Positions 9,148 to 17,871 of a stretch of 64,000 nucleotides of DNA are shown here, piece after piece. Origin of the DNA: a virus (Duplodnaviria; Caudoviricetes). The stretch's first letter is position 1. Each line of letters begins with the position of its first letter. The notes beneath the pieces were generated by a model, which was not told where the DNA came from, did not search any database, and saw only the letters and a list, made by a program, of their open reading frames with translations. The DNA lies in the IMG/VR virus record IMGVR_UViG_3300047160_036266, positions 192,001-256,000 of that record. The stretch is one strand, 5' to 3'. Both the position numbers and the translations under genes were made by a program.

Positions 9148-9366
9148 ATGCCTTGTGGGTGCAAAAAGTTTAACCGCCAGCCTTCGAGGGTCATCACCCC
9201 CGGCTCAAGAGGCACTTTACAGTCGGGACGGACGCCGCCGGCTATTCCGACGCAGTTGCGTTCGACTGGCCCGGTGGTTACGCGCAGCAACAGTGGGATG
9301 ACATTAGAAAGGCGAATGATCGAGAAAAAACGCCGTGATGCAATTCGTGGCGCTTTGGGTCGCTAA
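9148..9366 (+). CDS. Small basic protein with CGC motif
   Basis: AGGGG RBS; MPCGCKK. Confidence 0.6.
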   Translation: MPCGCKKFNRQPSRVITPGSRGTLQSGRTPPAIPTQLRSTGPVVTRSNSGMTLERRMIEKKRRDAIRGALGR

Positions 9367-9415
9367 ATTTGGCGGACCAGACATATATAACCAAAAGTTT
9401 CAAAGGGAGATATAC

Positions 9416-10423
9416 ATGCTAGGATATTCACAGTGGAAGAAGCTGAACGAGTCGTTCGCTGGCGCGATCCCTCTCGGTGTTTCCAGTCCCAACAGCCTGG
9501 GCGTTCGTGGTGGCATCGAGGGCACTCGCATTGCCCTGGAGGAAGCTCGCAAGAAGTCCAAGAAATATGCCGACGTGGATGTTGAGGACGAAGGCGGCGA
9601 TGACGTAATGAATCCAGACACCGACGAGGACGAAGGTGGCTGCAAGTTCTGCGGCAAGTCCAAGAAGAACGCAGCCAAGAAGTCCGTGAAGCGATCCAAG
9701 AAATACATGGGTGCCGATATGGACCTGGGCGGCGGCGATTTTGAGGACGCCGGCCCGCCCCCACCCCACCACAAGCTGGGCAAGGGCAAGCCCTTTGGCA
9801 AGGGCAAGCACCCCCTCCATCCCGACCATCTCGGCGGTGGCGATGATGATGACCTGGGTGGTCTGGGTGGCGATGATGACGACCTGGGCGGTCTGGGTGG
9901 CGATGATGATATGGGCGGCGACCTGGGCGGCGGCGATGATGATATGGGCGGCGACCTGGGCGGCGGCGATGACGATATGGACATGGGCGGCGACCTGGGT
10001 GGACCTCCCGGACACCCCGACCTCCACCATCCTGGTGGTCCCCTCAACAAGCATTCCGCCATGCACAAGAAGCCTTTCCACCCCGGCAAGGGTGGCGACC
10101 TGGATATGAAGATGGCTGCGGCCATGATGAAGAAGAAAATGGCGAAGCGAATGAGGAAGGAAGCCTTCCTGCACGACGATGACGAATGGCTGGCAAGCGT
10201 GAAGTCGATGTTGACGCCCCAGAATGTGAAGTATGGTGACGGTTGGACCGAATATCAGGAGGAGGCGCTATTGCCGCCCTCCGATCCCAATGCGGCTGTT
10301 ACCGATAGGGAGCCTCAGCCCGGCGAACCCGGCTTTGCGCCGGTCGGACGGGTAGGCCCGCCTCTGGGTGGCAACGCCGTTGACGGGTTCAATGAATGGC
10401 GCAGACAGAATCGCAAGCGGTAA
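9416..10423 (+). CDS. Gly/Asp-repeat low-complexity protein, putative head-internal
   Basis: ATATATA at 9383, GGGAG RBS, MLGYSQWKKLNE start, DDDMGGDLGGG repeats. Confidence 0.75.
   Translation: MLGYSQWKKLNESFAGAIPLGVSSPNSLGVRGGIEGTRIALEEARKKSKKYADVDVEDEGGDDVMNPDTDEDEGGCKFCGKSKKNAAKKSVKRSKKYMGADMDLGGGDFEDAGPPPPHHKLGKGKPFGKGKHPLHPDHLGGGDDDDLGGLGGDDDDLGGLGGDDDMGGDLGGGDDDMGGDLGGGDDDMDMGGDLGGPPGHPDLHHPGGPLNKHSAMHKKPFHPGKGGDLDMKMAAAMMKKKMAKRMRKEAFLHDDDEWLASVKSMLTPQNVKYGDGWTEYQEEALLPPSDPNAAVTDREPQPGEPGFAPVGRVGPPLGGNAVDGFNEWRRQNRKR
9839..10000 (+). repeat. In-frame tandem repeats of 30-39 bp
   Basis: Five units beginning ggcgatga(t/c) encoding GDDDDLGGLG / GDDDMGGDLGG. Confidence 0.85.
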
Positions 10424-11309
10424 CGTAAGATCGTATTCCCTCTTTGATACTTACTTTAGGCTCGAACCCCAAGTGGGTTCGAGCCTTTTTCATGTCGCAC
10501 TCAGTATAGCTCTGATAGGTCTTTTCGTAGGGGTTGTCGATCCACAGGGGGCCGCTCAGGTTGTAGGGAGCGTAATACATCGCGTCGGCAATATTGTGGT
10601 ATATGTCAATAAAACTGGTGGCCGTCCCGCCGCCGCAGTTGAAGATGTCGCTCTTGTCATATTCCCAGGCCCGCAAGTTGGCTTCCACGGCATCGTCAAT
10701 ATGGATATAATCTCGACGTTGTTCGCCATATTTGAAAAGCTTTGGCGGGGTGCGATTGCGCATCTGCACGATTATCTGATAAATCATGCTGGCCCGGTGT
10801 CCTTTATGGGACTCGCCCGGCCCGTAGACGTTGCAGTACCGTAGACCCACCATTTGCACGTTATTTTCTTCAGCGAACATCGTGGCCGCTTCTTCGAGAA
10901 TGGCCTTGGATTCTCCGTACCAGTTGAGGGGGCTGAGCAGGGTTTTGTCCTCAACATAGGGCGCTGGTTCGTTTCCATAGACGGCAGTGCTGGAGGCGTA
11001 AATAAACTTTCGGCAGCCAGCCTTGAGGCATTTTTCAAAAAGATATTCCGATGCTTCGACGTTGGCTCGCATCATAGCGTCCCGGTCGGTGCAGAGGGTG
11101 TCGTTGTTGGCAGCCAGGTGGAAGGTCACGTCAATATCATGTATTTGCCGCCAGTCGATACCCAGCAGGCTAGGTTCCAATATTTTGCCAACTCCGACTT
11201 GTTGCTCCGTTTGGTTGCCGGTTATAATTACCTCGTGTCCGAGGGCCAGCAGGCGGCGGGTCAAGTTCGATCCGATAAAGCCGGTGCCGCCCGTTACCAA
11301 TGCTCGCAT
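10389..11309 (-). CDS. rfaD: ADP-L-glycero-D-manno-heptose 6-epimerase-like NAD-dependent epimerase
   Basis: VTGGTGFIG, YASSTAVYG, YGESK, LRYCNVYGPGESHKGHRASMIYQ, RRDYIHIDD. Confidence 0.85.
   Translation of the reverse strand: MRALVTGGTGFIGSNLTRRLLALGHEVIITGNQTEQQVGVGKILEPSLLGIDWRQIHDIDVTFHLAANNDTLCTDRDAMMRANVEASEYLFEKCLKAGCRKFIYASSTAVYGNEPAPYVEDKTLLSPLNWYGESKAILEEAATMFAEENNVQMVGLRYCNVYGPGESHKGHRASMIYQIIVQMRNRTPPKLFKYGEQRRDYIHIDDAVEANLRAWEYDKSDIFNCGGGTATSFIDIYHNIADAMYYAPYNLSGPLWIDNPYEKTYQSYTECDMKKARTHLGFEPKVSIKEGIRSYVTACDSVCAIH
10458..10490 (+). terminator. Intrinsic terminator inside the opposite-strand epimerase CDS
   Basis: aggctcgaaccc-caagt-gggttcgagcct followed by T-run. Confidence 0.75.
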
Positions 11310-11328
11310 ATTACCTCCTGGTGAGAAT

Positions 11329-11469
11329 ATGAAACTCAAGAATTTCTGGCTTCAGAAAATCCGAGAGAAGTCCCTCCTTAAAATAGTCGAGTGGGCGCAA
11401 AAGAACGGCAAGAAGGTGGAAGACCTTTCCCGTGATGACGTGCGCGAGGCCATCGTTTCGCAGCGCTAA
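11329..11469 (+). CDS. Small hypothetical protein
   Basis: 46-aa ORF divergent from epimerase. Confidence 0.45.
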   Translation: MKLKNFWLQKIREKSLLKIVEWAQKNGKKVEDLSRDDVREAIVSQR

Positions 11470-11649
11470 CGCCACAGCTTATTCGACACGCCCGTGGGCG
11501 ACCAATCGTGGGTGTCGGGGGTTGTATTTCCCGAAGGTCGAAGGTCACGAACCTTATCCAGCCGCCGGCGCTTGTCGGCGGACAGGTCTTTGGTTGCCTT
11601 CTCGGTACGTTCTAACCAGGCTTTGAAGCATAGTTTCACGAGAATATCT

Positions 11650-12384
11650 ATGACAACCCTGGAGTATTTCGACCTGTATACCGACTTCGGACTCCAGGTG
11701 ATACCCCTGTTTCCAGGGAGCAAAATACCCGTTTGGTCGCGTTGGAACCAGGATTGGGACCACGCCCGCTGCCGTTCTTATATTAAGGCCCAACCCGCTT
11801 GCAACATCGGCTTGTTGTTGGGCAAGTACGTCGATGTGGAGGGCGACACCGAGGAGGCCGATGAAGAGATCAAGCGCCTGATAGGCGAGTGTCCGCATCC
11901 GTCCTGGCGAAGTGCTAAATCCACCCACCACCTTTTCTTGAACCCGGACCCACGGCTAACCAGCACCCGTTTCAGCGGCATGGAATTCCGGGCACACAAA
12001 CATCAGTCCGTTATTCCCCCCAGCATCCATGCCCAGGGTGTCAAATACCACTGGCAGAGCTTGCACGTCATTCCTGCCATGCCGCAGGCCCTCTTCAACT
12101 ATTACCTGGCCAGCCGCCGCAAGAAGAAGCGCCACAGCGGGTACATGCTGACCGAGTGCAAGTCCTGTGGCGGCAAGGAGTCGATCCATGTCAAACGCCT
12201 ACTGCTGGAAGTACGGGCTTTCCGTGAACTTGGCCTCTTGTGGCAATGTCATAAATGTCGTAAAGTGGACGTTCGCCCGGCCTGCCGCCGGCTGCGGTCA
12301 CTTCTCCGCACTGTGCCGCCAGTCCTGGTAGCCCAGCCGCCCCGAAAGAAATATGGCGGCTTGCACAACATCCTGGGAGGTTAG
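11650..12384 (+). CDS. Bifunctional DNA primase/polymerase N-terminal domain protein with C-terminal Zn ribbon
   Basis: VIPLFPGSKIP, NIGLLLG..VDVEGD, HHLF, VIPPSIH; CKSC/CHKC. Confidence 0.8.
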   Translation: MTTLEYFDLYTDFGLQVIPLFPGSKIPVWSRWNQDWDHARCRSYIKAQPACNIGLLLGKYVDVEGDTEEADEEIKRLIGECPHPSWRSAKSTHHLFLNPDPRLTSTRFSGMEFRAHKHQSVIPPSIHAQGVKYHWQSLHVIPAMPQALFNYYLASRRKKKRHSGYMLTECKSCGGKESIHVKRLLLEVRAFRELGLLWQCHKCRKVDVRPACRRLRSLLRTVPPVLVAQPPRKKYGGLHNILGG

Positions 12385-12957
12385 GCCGTGGGTAATCGCC
12401 GGGTTGGTGGCTTCAATCGTGGAAACTGAGTAACCCCGCTTGAGCAGTGCCTTTTTCATGGGGAGGTAACGCTCGTGCCAACTGAAACAGGTATCATTCT
12501 CGTTGTGCATCAGGAGGAAGGGCGTGTTGAGAAAGCGCGCCGGTGGGGTTTTGCGTGGTTGGAGAATGGCCCCCGAATGCGCTACTACCCCCGCCAACTC
12601 CTCGTCGCTGCGGAACGCGCACTGAAGTGCCATTACCGCACCAGCCGAGAAACCGACGAGGGCGATCTGGCGACTGTTATAGCCCAAGTGACGCTGTACC
12701 AGTCCGATGTTGCGTAATAAAGCCTTGCGGGCCTTTTTCATTCCGTGGACGGCGTTGGCTTGGTCGCCCACGCCGTTGGGGATTGGATACCATTCGACCT
12801 CTGGTTCCATGCCCACGAGGGCGGTGTTGTTTAATTCAGCGTCCTGGTAGGCACGCATCAAGGCGAGGGCGCTGCCTTCTCGCCCTGGAAACAGGATGAT
12901 GCAGCCCTGCGATCTGCCCTTGCCACAAATGAATGTCCTTATCAATCCAGCCCCCAT
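12298..12957 (-). CDS. Alpha/beta hydrolase (phospholipase/carboxylesterase family)
   Basis: GFSAG nucleophile elbow, HNEND, C-terminal His. Confidence 0.85.
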   Translation of the reverse strand: MGAGLIRTFICGKGRSQGCIILFPGREGSALALMRAYQDAELNNTALVGMEPEVEWYPIPNGVGDQANAVHGMKKARKALLRNIGLVQRHLGYNSRQIALVGFSAGAVMALQCAFRSDEELAGVVAHSGAILQPRKTPPARFLNTPFLLMHNENDTCFSWHERYLPMKKALLKRGYSVSTIEATNPAITHGLTSQDVVQAAIFLSGRLGYQDWRHSAEK

Positions 12958-13859
12958 TCCGTATAAAACCCCTGCGATTCCTGGCTTTCGTTGACCCGGC
13001 GGAACAAGTCGGCGGGCATGAATTGTTCCACGATTATCATGAACTTGCCGGCCAGTTCTTTGTCGCAGGTGTTAATTGCTTTCTGAAGCGCCGCCTTGTC
13101 ATAACCGAAGCAACGATAGGCCACCGAAGGGTCATCCTCCTCCAAAAGCTCCTCGTTAAGCTCCCAGAACCGGCGGTAGCCGCCCTTGTTCACGAAATGG
13201 AGGACGAAATCACAAATGTCCCAGACCAGCCCAACCTGGCGGGGTGACTCCAGCCAGAAGGCGCTCAAGGGACGATATTCCAGGCCATAGTCCTTTTCCC
13301 GGTGGCTGCCGGCCAGACCGTAAACGCTGCGCCGGTCCTTACTCGTCTTATCTTGCTCCATGAAGACGGACGGGATGCCCAGGAACAAGTCGAGCATATA
13401 AACCACGAACGGCTTTTCCCATGAGTTTTGCAGGACTCCTCCACCGCCCAAATGGATATGTCCGCCCGCCGTGCGGAAATTCGACTTCTTTATTACCCCC
13501 TTGGGCGGCTCGATCACCTGAAGGGTGTAAGCGTCCCATTCTTCCACGCAGCCGACCTCTCGTGCCTCCTTGGTCTGCATCTGACTCTCCGGGAATTCCT
13601 GAGATGCCTGGATGTGCAGTTTGTAAGGCTTCACCATTTTGGTGTAGAGGGTGAAACAGTCTTGGAAGTTCTTGAGGACTTCCGCACGGTTTTTCCCTGG
13701 TTTTATGGCGCATTCAGCCAGCACGTTGTCGTAGTAGAATTGGTGCCCGCCCATGTCGAGCCGGTATTGCCGGTCGCCCTTGACGATGCCGATGGCGCTG
13801 TAATACTTCCCGCCCTTCATCAGAAGGAACTCAGGATCACTGCCGAAGGTAAACCCCAT
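12942..13859 (-). CDS. phiEco32-like COOH-NH2 ligase type 2
   Basis: FTFGSDPEF, DNVLAEC, FRTAGGHIHLG, YGLEYRPLS. Confidence 0.85.
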   Translation of the reverse strand: MGFTFGSDPEFLLMKGGKYYSAIGIVKGDRQYRLDMGGHQFYYDNVLAECAIKPGKNRAEVLKNFQDCFTLYTKMVKPYKLHIQASQEFPESQMQTKEAREVGCVEEWDAYTLQVIEPPKGVIKKSNFRTAGGHIHLGGGGVLQNSWEKPFVVYMLDLFLGIPSVFMEQDKTSKDRRSVYGLAGSHREKDYGLEYRPLSAFWLESPRQVGLVWDICDFVLHFVNKGGYRRFWELNEELLEEDDPSVAYRCFGYDKAALQKAINTCDKELAGKFMIIVEQFMPADLFRRVNESQESQGFYTEWGLD

Positions 13860-13871
13860 AAGACCACTCCT

Positions 13872-14681
13872 TTAGTAACGGTGCCAGTAGGGTATGTAGA
13901 GCTTGGTCGCTTCATTCGAGAACGACACAATGCCCATCTCGTTGTGCATCGTGTCGATGTCCATGTCCTCTGGGTAGTTATCAAAGATGTCCCGGTGGAA
14001 GAGCCGGCGGGGTCCATAACGCATGATCTTCTGAATGCCGTCTTTGGCCTCTTCCAACTGCGTCTTGTCCGACGTGTAGCGACCTTTCTGGTACGACTCC
14101 ACAATGCCGGTGCGGACGTGACTAATGGTGAAGTTCCACGGCGACCCGACCTTATGAGCAAAGCCCACCCGGATGAACAAGGTGTACAACGACAGCATGG
14201 GTGGGGCAATTTGCCAGAGGCGGCTGCCCTCGAAAAGCCAGACCCCGCACTTCTGATATTTGCGGGGCGTTGGCAGGCAGCGGGTGCAAGTGGTCTTACG
14301 GAGTTTCAAACGAGCCTCGATTTGATTCAGGAAGTCGAGGCACGGCGCTATTTTGTTGCCGAAATCACTGTCTCGTGAGTTGGTTATAAGGATGCGCGTC
14401 CGCCGCAGGTCAATCGGCGGATGCTGGGACGGGTCGTACTCGAACCCGTAGGTTTCTTTTCGTGTATCGTATAAGTAGCCCTGGATGGCGTCTTGTAGGA
14501 AGTCCTTGCACCAGACGAAGTAGCAGCACTGGCGGTTGTCGGCAGAGAGCAGGGAATATTCCAAACCCTGGCGATAAACCTGGAGAATGCGAGGTTTATC
14601 CGCTTCCCTCGATATAAGCCACTGGACTTCGATTGGTTGGCGCATATTGTTGAGGCTATCAGCAAAATAAAGCCGGGTCAA
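13872..14681 (-). CDS. Hypothetical protein coupled to the COOH-NH2 ligase
   Basis: Co-oriented immediately upstream; AAGGAG RBS for ligase follows; start uncertain. Confidence 0.65.
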   Translation of the reverse strand: MTRLYFADSLNNMRQPIEVQWLISREADKPRILQVYRQGLEYSLLSADNRQCCYFVWCKDFLQDAIQGYLYDTRKETYGFEYDPSQHPPIDLRRTRILITNSRDSDFGNKIAPCLDFLNQIEARLKLRKTTCTRCLPTPRKYQKCGVWLFEGSRLWQIAPPMLSLYTLFIRVGFAHKVGSPWNFTISHVRTGIVESYQKGRYTSDKTQLEEAKDGIQKIMRYGPRRLFHRDIFDNYPEDMDIDTMHNEMGIVSFSNEATKLYIPYWHRY

Positions 14682-14698
14682 GCCTAAATATTGTAGTC

Positions 14699-14986
14699 AT
14701 GAACAGCTTCAAAGAGTTTTTCTGGGACGGGGAGGTTATTGGCTTGTACCTCAACCGCCAGGATTTGAAAATATCCGAGATCGCCCGCCACTGCTCGAAG
14801 TCCCAGGCCGAAATATATCGCATCCTGCACGACAACGGCATCAAGCCCAACCGGCTGAAGACCGGCCACGAGGCCGTGCAGCAGCTTGCCGAACGGGGCT
14901 GGACGGTGGGCGAAATTGCCAACATGACCGGCTACACGGATCGGAACGTCCGCTATATTCTCTCCAAGATGAGGCTGAGCGAGTGA
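14699..14986 (+). CDS. Tandem HTH DNA-binding protein
   Basis: ISEIARHCSKSQAEIYRIL and TVGEIANMTGYTDRNVRYIL; CTAAATA at 14684. Confidence 0.75.
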   Translation: MNSFKEFFWDGEVIGLYLNRQDLKISEIARHCSKSQAEIYRILHDNGIKPNRLKTGHEAVQQLAERGWTVGEIANMTGYTDRNVRYILSKMRLSE

Positions 14987-15804
14987 TTACCAACAACGAT
15001 ATTGTCTTCGTTCTCTCCGGCGGTCCCAGCAATACCGATCCCAACGCCTCGCTGGGTGGGGAGCCGTCGTCGCACCAAGTAGCCCCCGGCATGGACAATC
15101 TTTTTGACGACATCACCGACCCCCAGGCTACCCAGGGTCGCACGGACTACCGCTGTTTTTATATTTTCAACAACAGCGCCACGGACAACTTCTTCAATAC
15201 GGCCCTGTGGATCGACTCCGTGACGGCGGGCAGCGGCGATATTTTCTTGGGTTTGACGTTGGCCAACGACCTGCAACAGATCGTCGTTACCGGCACCATC
15301 ACCGGCGGCTCCCTCGCCATCACCTACGAAAGCAGCACCGTAACCTGGAACTGGTCCTCGTCCCTGACGCAGTGGGCCTTGAACCTGCAAAATGCCCTGA
15401 ATACCATTACCAACCCGCCGTTGACCGGCGTGGCCGTCACAGTCAGCCAGTTGGGCCTGAATACCACCTTCCAGGTCCAGTTCGCCGGAAACGACGCCAA
15501 TCGCTATCAGCCTCTCCTAACCCACGGTAATATCAACACCCTGTTCGGTTGCACCGCCGTCGCCATCACCAAGATCGTGGACGGTGGCCCCATCAATTCC
15601 ATAGCCAATACCATCGACGTGGCCACCACCGTACCCTTCGGCATCAACTTCAGCCAACCGTCGATGTCCAGCCCCATTGCCCTGGGTGCCCTGCGCCATA
15701 CCGATGGCTTTCCCGTCTGGGTCCAGCGCAGCATTGCTCAGGGTTCCGGGGCAGTAGCCGGTGCGGGATTTGTCGCCCGCTATAACGGAAGCCCTATTTC
15801 CTGA
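14983..15804 (+). CDS. Putative virion structural protein
   Basis: SLGG, NLFDDI, DYRCFYIFN motifs seen in phage structural proteins; beta-rich. Confidence 0.6.
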   Translation: MITNNDIVFVLSGGPSNTDPNASLGGEPSSHQVAPGMDNLFDDITDPQATQGRTDYRCFYIFNNSATDNFFNTALWIDSVTAGSGDIFLGLTLANDLQQIVVTGTITGGSLAITYESSTVTWNWSSSLTQWALNLQNALNTITNPPLTGVAVTVSQLGLNTTFQVQFAGNDANRYQPLLTHGNINTLFGCTAVAITKIVDGGPINSIANTIDVATTVPFGINFSQPSMSSPIALGALRHTDGFPVWVQRSIAQGSGAVAGAGFVARYNGSPIS

Positions 15805-15855
15805 TTCTCACTTCCGGTTATAATTAGGCATGTCTCTAACCCTGAAAGGAACGCC

Positions 15856-16518
15856 ATGAAAATGCTGTTGCCTATTTTTGTTTGCCTGCTGGGATTGTGC
15901 CAAGCCCCTGCCCAAGAGGAAAAGAAGCCCGTTCGCAAGCCCACCTTGGGCGACTATGAGAAGGTGCTGAAATACTTCACCACCTGGAGCGACAACCTCA
16001 GCAACCCCGAACATTGGAAGAAGGTCACGTTTACCAACCGGAAGACCAAGGAGGTCAGGAAGTTCACCGACCTGTCCGACTATGAAAAGCACATCTTCTA
16101 TTTCATGTCCGCCGAAAAGCTGAGCAACGAGATGAAGCGCATGTCGGGCTTCTGGGAGGACGAATTGAAGAAGTTCAAGGCCCCCAAGGAAAAACCAAAG
16201 GACAAGGACGACGAGGACGAGGATCAAACCAAGGCCGATAAGAAGGAGCCTAAGAAGGAAGAAAAGAAGGACGAAAAGGACACCAAGAAGGAAGAAAAGA
16301 AGGACGACCCACTGGCCAAGGAAGCCACCAAGGCCGACGTGGAAAAATATTGCAAGCAACTGCTGGACATCCGCAAGAAGACTGCCGTGCGCTACGAGGC
16401 CCTGGCCGATAAACTGTTCACCACCTTTAAGGAAAAGTTCACCAAGGAAGAGATCGAACAGACCATGAAGCAGATTCGGGACTTCCACGACAAGGAAAAA
16501 CTCATCGAGCGGAAGTAA
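15856..16518 (+). CDS. Secreted/periplasmic K/E/D-rich protein
   Basis: Signal peptide MKMLLPIFVCLLGLCQAPA; AAGGA RBS. Confidence 0.75.
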   Translation: MKMLLPIFVCLLGLCQAPAQEEKKPVRKPTLGDYEKVLKYFTTWSDNLSNPEHWKKVTFTNRKTKEVRKFTDLSDYEKHIFYFMSAEKLSNEMKRMSGFWEDELKKFKAPKEKPKDKDDEDEDQTKADKKEPKKEEKKDEKDTKKEEKKDDPLAKEATKADVEKYCKQLLDIRKKTAVRYEALADKLFTTFKEKFTKEEIEQTMKQIRDFHDKEKLIERK

Positions 16519-16519
16519 T

Positions 16520-17152
16520 ATGGAGAAGTGTCCTCTGACCGGGCTGGCATGTCCAAATCGAAAGCATATTCACGTCACTGATGTCACCAAGGAAGGTGTC
16601 ACATCACTCAGTTTGTGTGAAGTGTGCGCCCCAACTTTCCTGGGGGAAGCCAAGAAGCCCTCGCCGCCCGAACAACTATTGCAGAAGCATAAGGAAATGC
16701 TGCTGGAGCTTTTCCAGCAGCTTTTCCTTGCGCCGCTCAAAAAAGCTGCACCGCCCACTCCCCAGCCAGAGCCGATAGCCGACCCAGGCTGCCCGGAATG
16801 CGGTATCACTATCAACGAAATAGCGCAGACAGGGCGACTCGGCTGCCCGCACTGCTACGAACATTACAAACAGGAACTCCTGGGTGTCTTGCAGCACGCC
16901 CACGGTAGTATCCGGCACGTCGGCAAAGTGCCAAAGAATTGGCTCAAGAATAAACAAGAGCAGGAGGCCCAGGCCCAGGAAGAGGCCGTCAAGAAACAAC
17001 TACAAATCAATCCAGGCGAACTGATCGAGGACCAAATTCATCGCCTGGAGGCCGAGTTGGCTGAGGCCGTCAAACGAGAACATTACGAAGTCGCCGGCCA
17101 ACTGCGCGATGCCATCAAGGCCCTCCGGGAGCAGGCTCCCCCGGCGGAATAG
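16520..17152 (+). CDS. mcsA: McsA-like protein (CxxC motifs + UvrB/UvrC domain)
   Basis: LCEVCA, CPECG...GRLGCPHCY, HVGKVPK, EAVKREHYEVAGQLRDAIK. Confidence 0.85.
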   Translation: MEKCPLTGLACPNRKHIHVTDVTKEGVTSLSLCEVCAPTFLGEAKKPSPPEQLLQKHKEMLLELFQQLFLAPLKKAAPPTPQPEPIADPGCPECGITINEIAQTGRLGCPHCYEHYKQELLGVLQHAHGSIRHVGKVPKNWLKNKQEQEAQAQEEAVKKQLQINPGELIEDQIHRLEAELAEAVKREHYEVAGQLRDAIKALREQAPPAE

Positions 17153-17870
17153 GCGATAATTCCCCCTCATTCCAGAGCCAATTGAACGTGTCCAAATAAA
17201 GGGGCCGATAAGGTTGTGGTATCCCTTCGTGGTATTTATTGTAAATGAGTTCTTTGATGACTACCGCTTCCTTCCTTCCCGATTTGGTCGTGGCCCATAC
17301 CGTTGAGCCTATATCGTACTTGAAATAGACGTTCCAGGGTCGCACCGGCAAGACCGGCATCACCGGGAAGTGTTCGAGCAACCAGTCCCAATACTGGTTG
17401 AAGCACTGGACCAAATAATTGGCTGTATCTTCGTCGCACAGTTCATCGCCATTGTATAGGGCGTTCAAGGTGTCCGTAATCAAGTAGCCCTCGTTGCCCA
17501 TGTCCTCAATGCACTTGATGGTGATAGTTTCCAACTTGCCCCAGCGGGCCTTGTATGCCAGGTAGACCGTATCCCCCACTTCAAATCGGTAATCCGTGTA
17601 GCCGCCATCGTAACTGTCGTAGGGAGTGGGTTGCGTGTCGCCGCAGCCATCGGGCTGCGGCCCGTATTCCTCTTCCTCCTCCTGCATGTACTGTTCATAC
17701 TGTTCAATCAAAGCGAGTGCTTCGGCCTCACTGCACAGTTCGTAGCTGTTATACAGGGCATTGAAGGTATCCGTAATCAAAGAGCCGTTGATGCACTTGA
17801 TGGTAATGGATTCCAACCGGCCTCTGCGGGCCTTGTAAGCAAGGAAGAAGGTATCACCGACTGCAAACAT
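17115..17870 (-). CDS. Protein with three small beta-barrel (SH3/KOW-like) repeats
   Basis: AGGAGG RBS; FAVGDTFFL / FEVGDTVYL / YDIGSTVWA repeats each ending (LI/YL)TDT.N.L.N..EL. Confidence 0.7.
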   Translation of the reverse strand: MFAVGDTFFLAYKARRGRLESITIKCINGSLITDTFNALYNSYELCSEAEALALIEQYEQYMQEEEEEYGPQPDGCGDTQPTPYDSYDGGYTDYRFEVGDTVYLAYKARWGKLETITIKCIEDMGNEGYLITDTLNALYNGDELCDEDTANYLVQCFNQYWDWLLEHFPVMPVLPVRPWNVYFKYDIGSTVWATTKSGRKEAVVIKELIYNKYHEGIPQPYRPLYLDTFNWLWNEGELSPIPPGEPAPGGP

Positions 17871-17871
17871 A

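Noticed and set aside
10458-10490. tRNA suggested by GGTTCGA
   Set aside because: Simple 12-bp hairpin plus T-run inside the epimerase CDS; no cloverleaf
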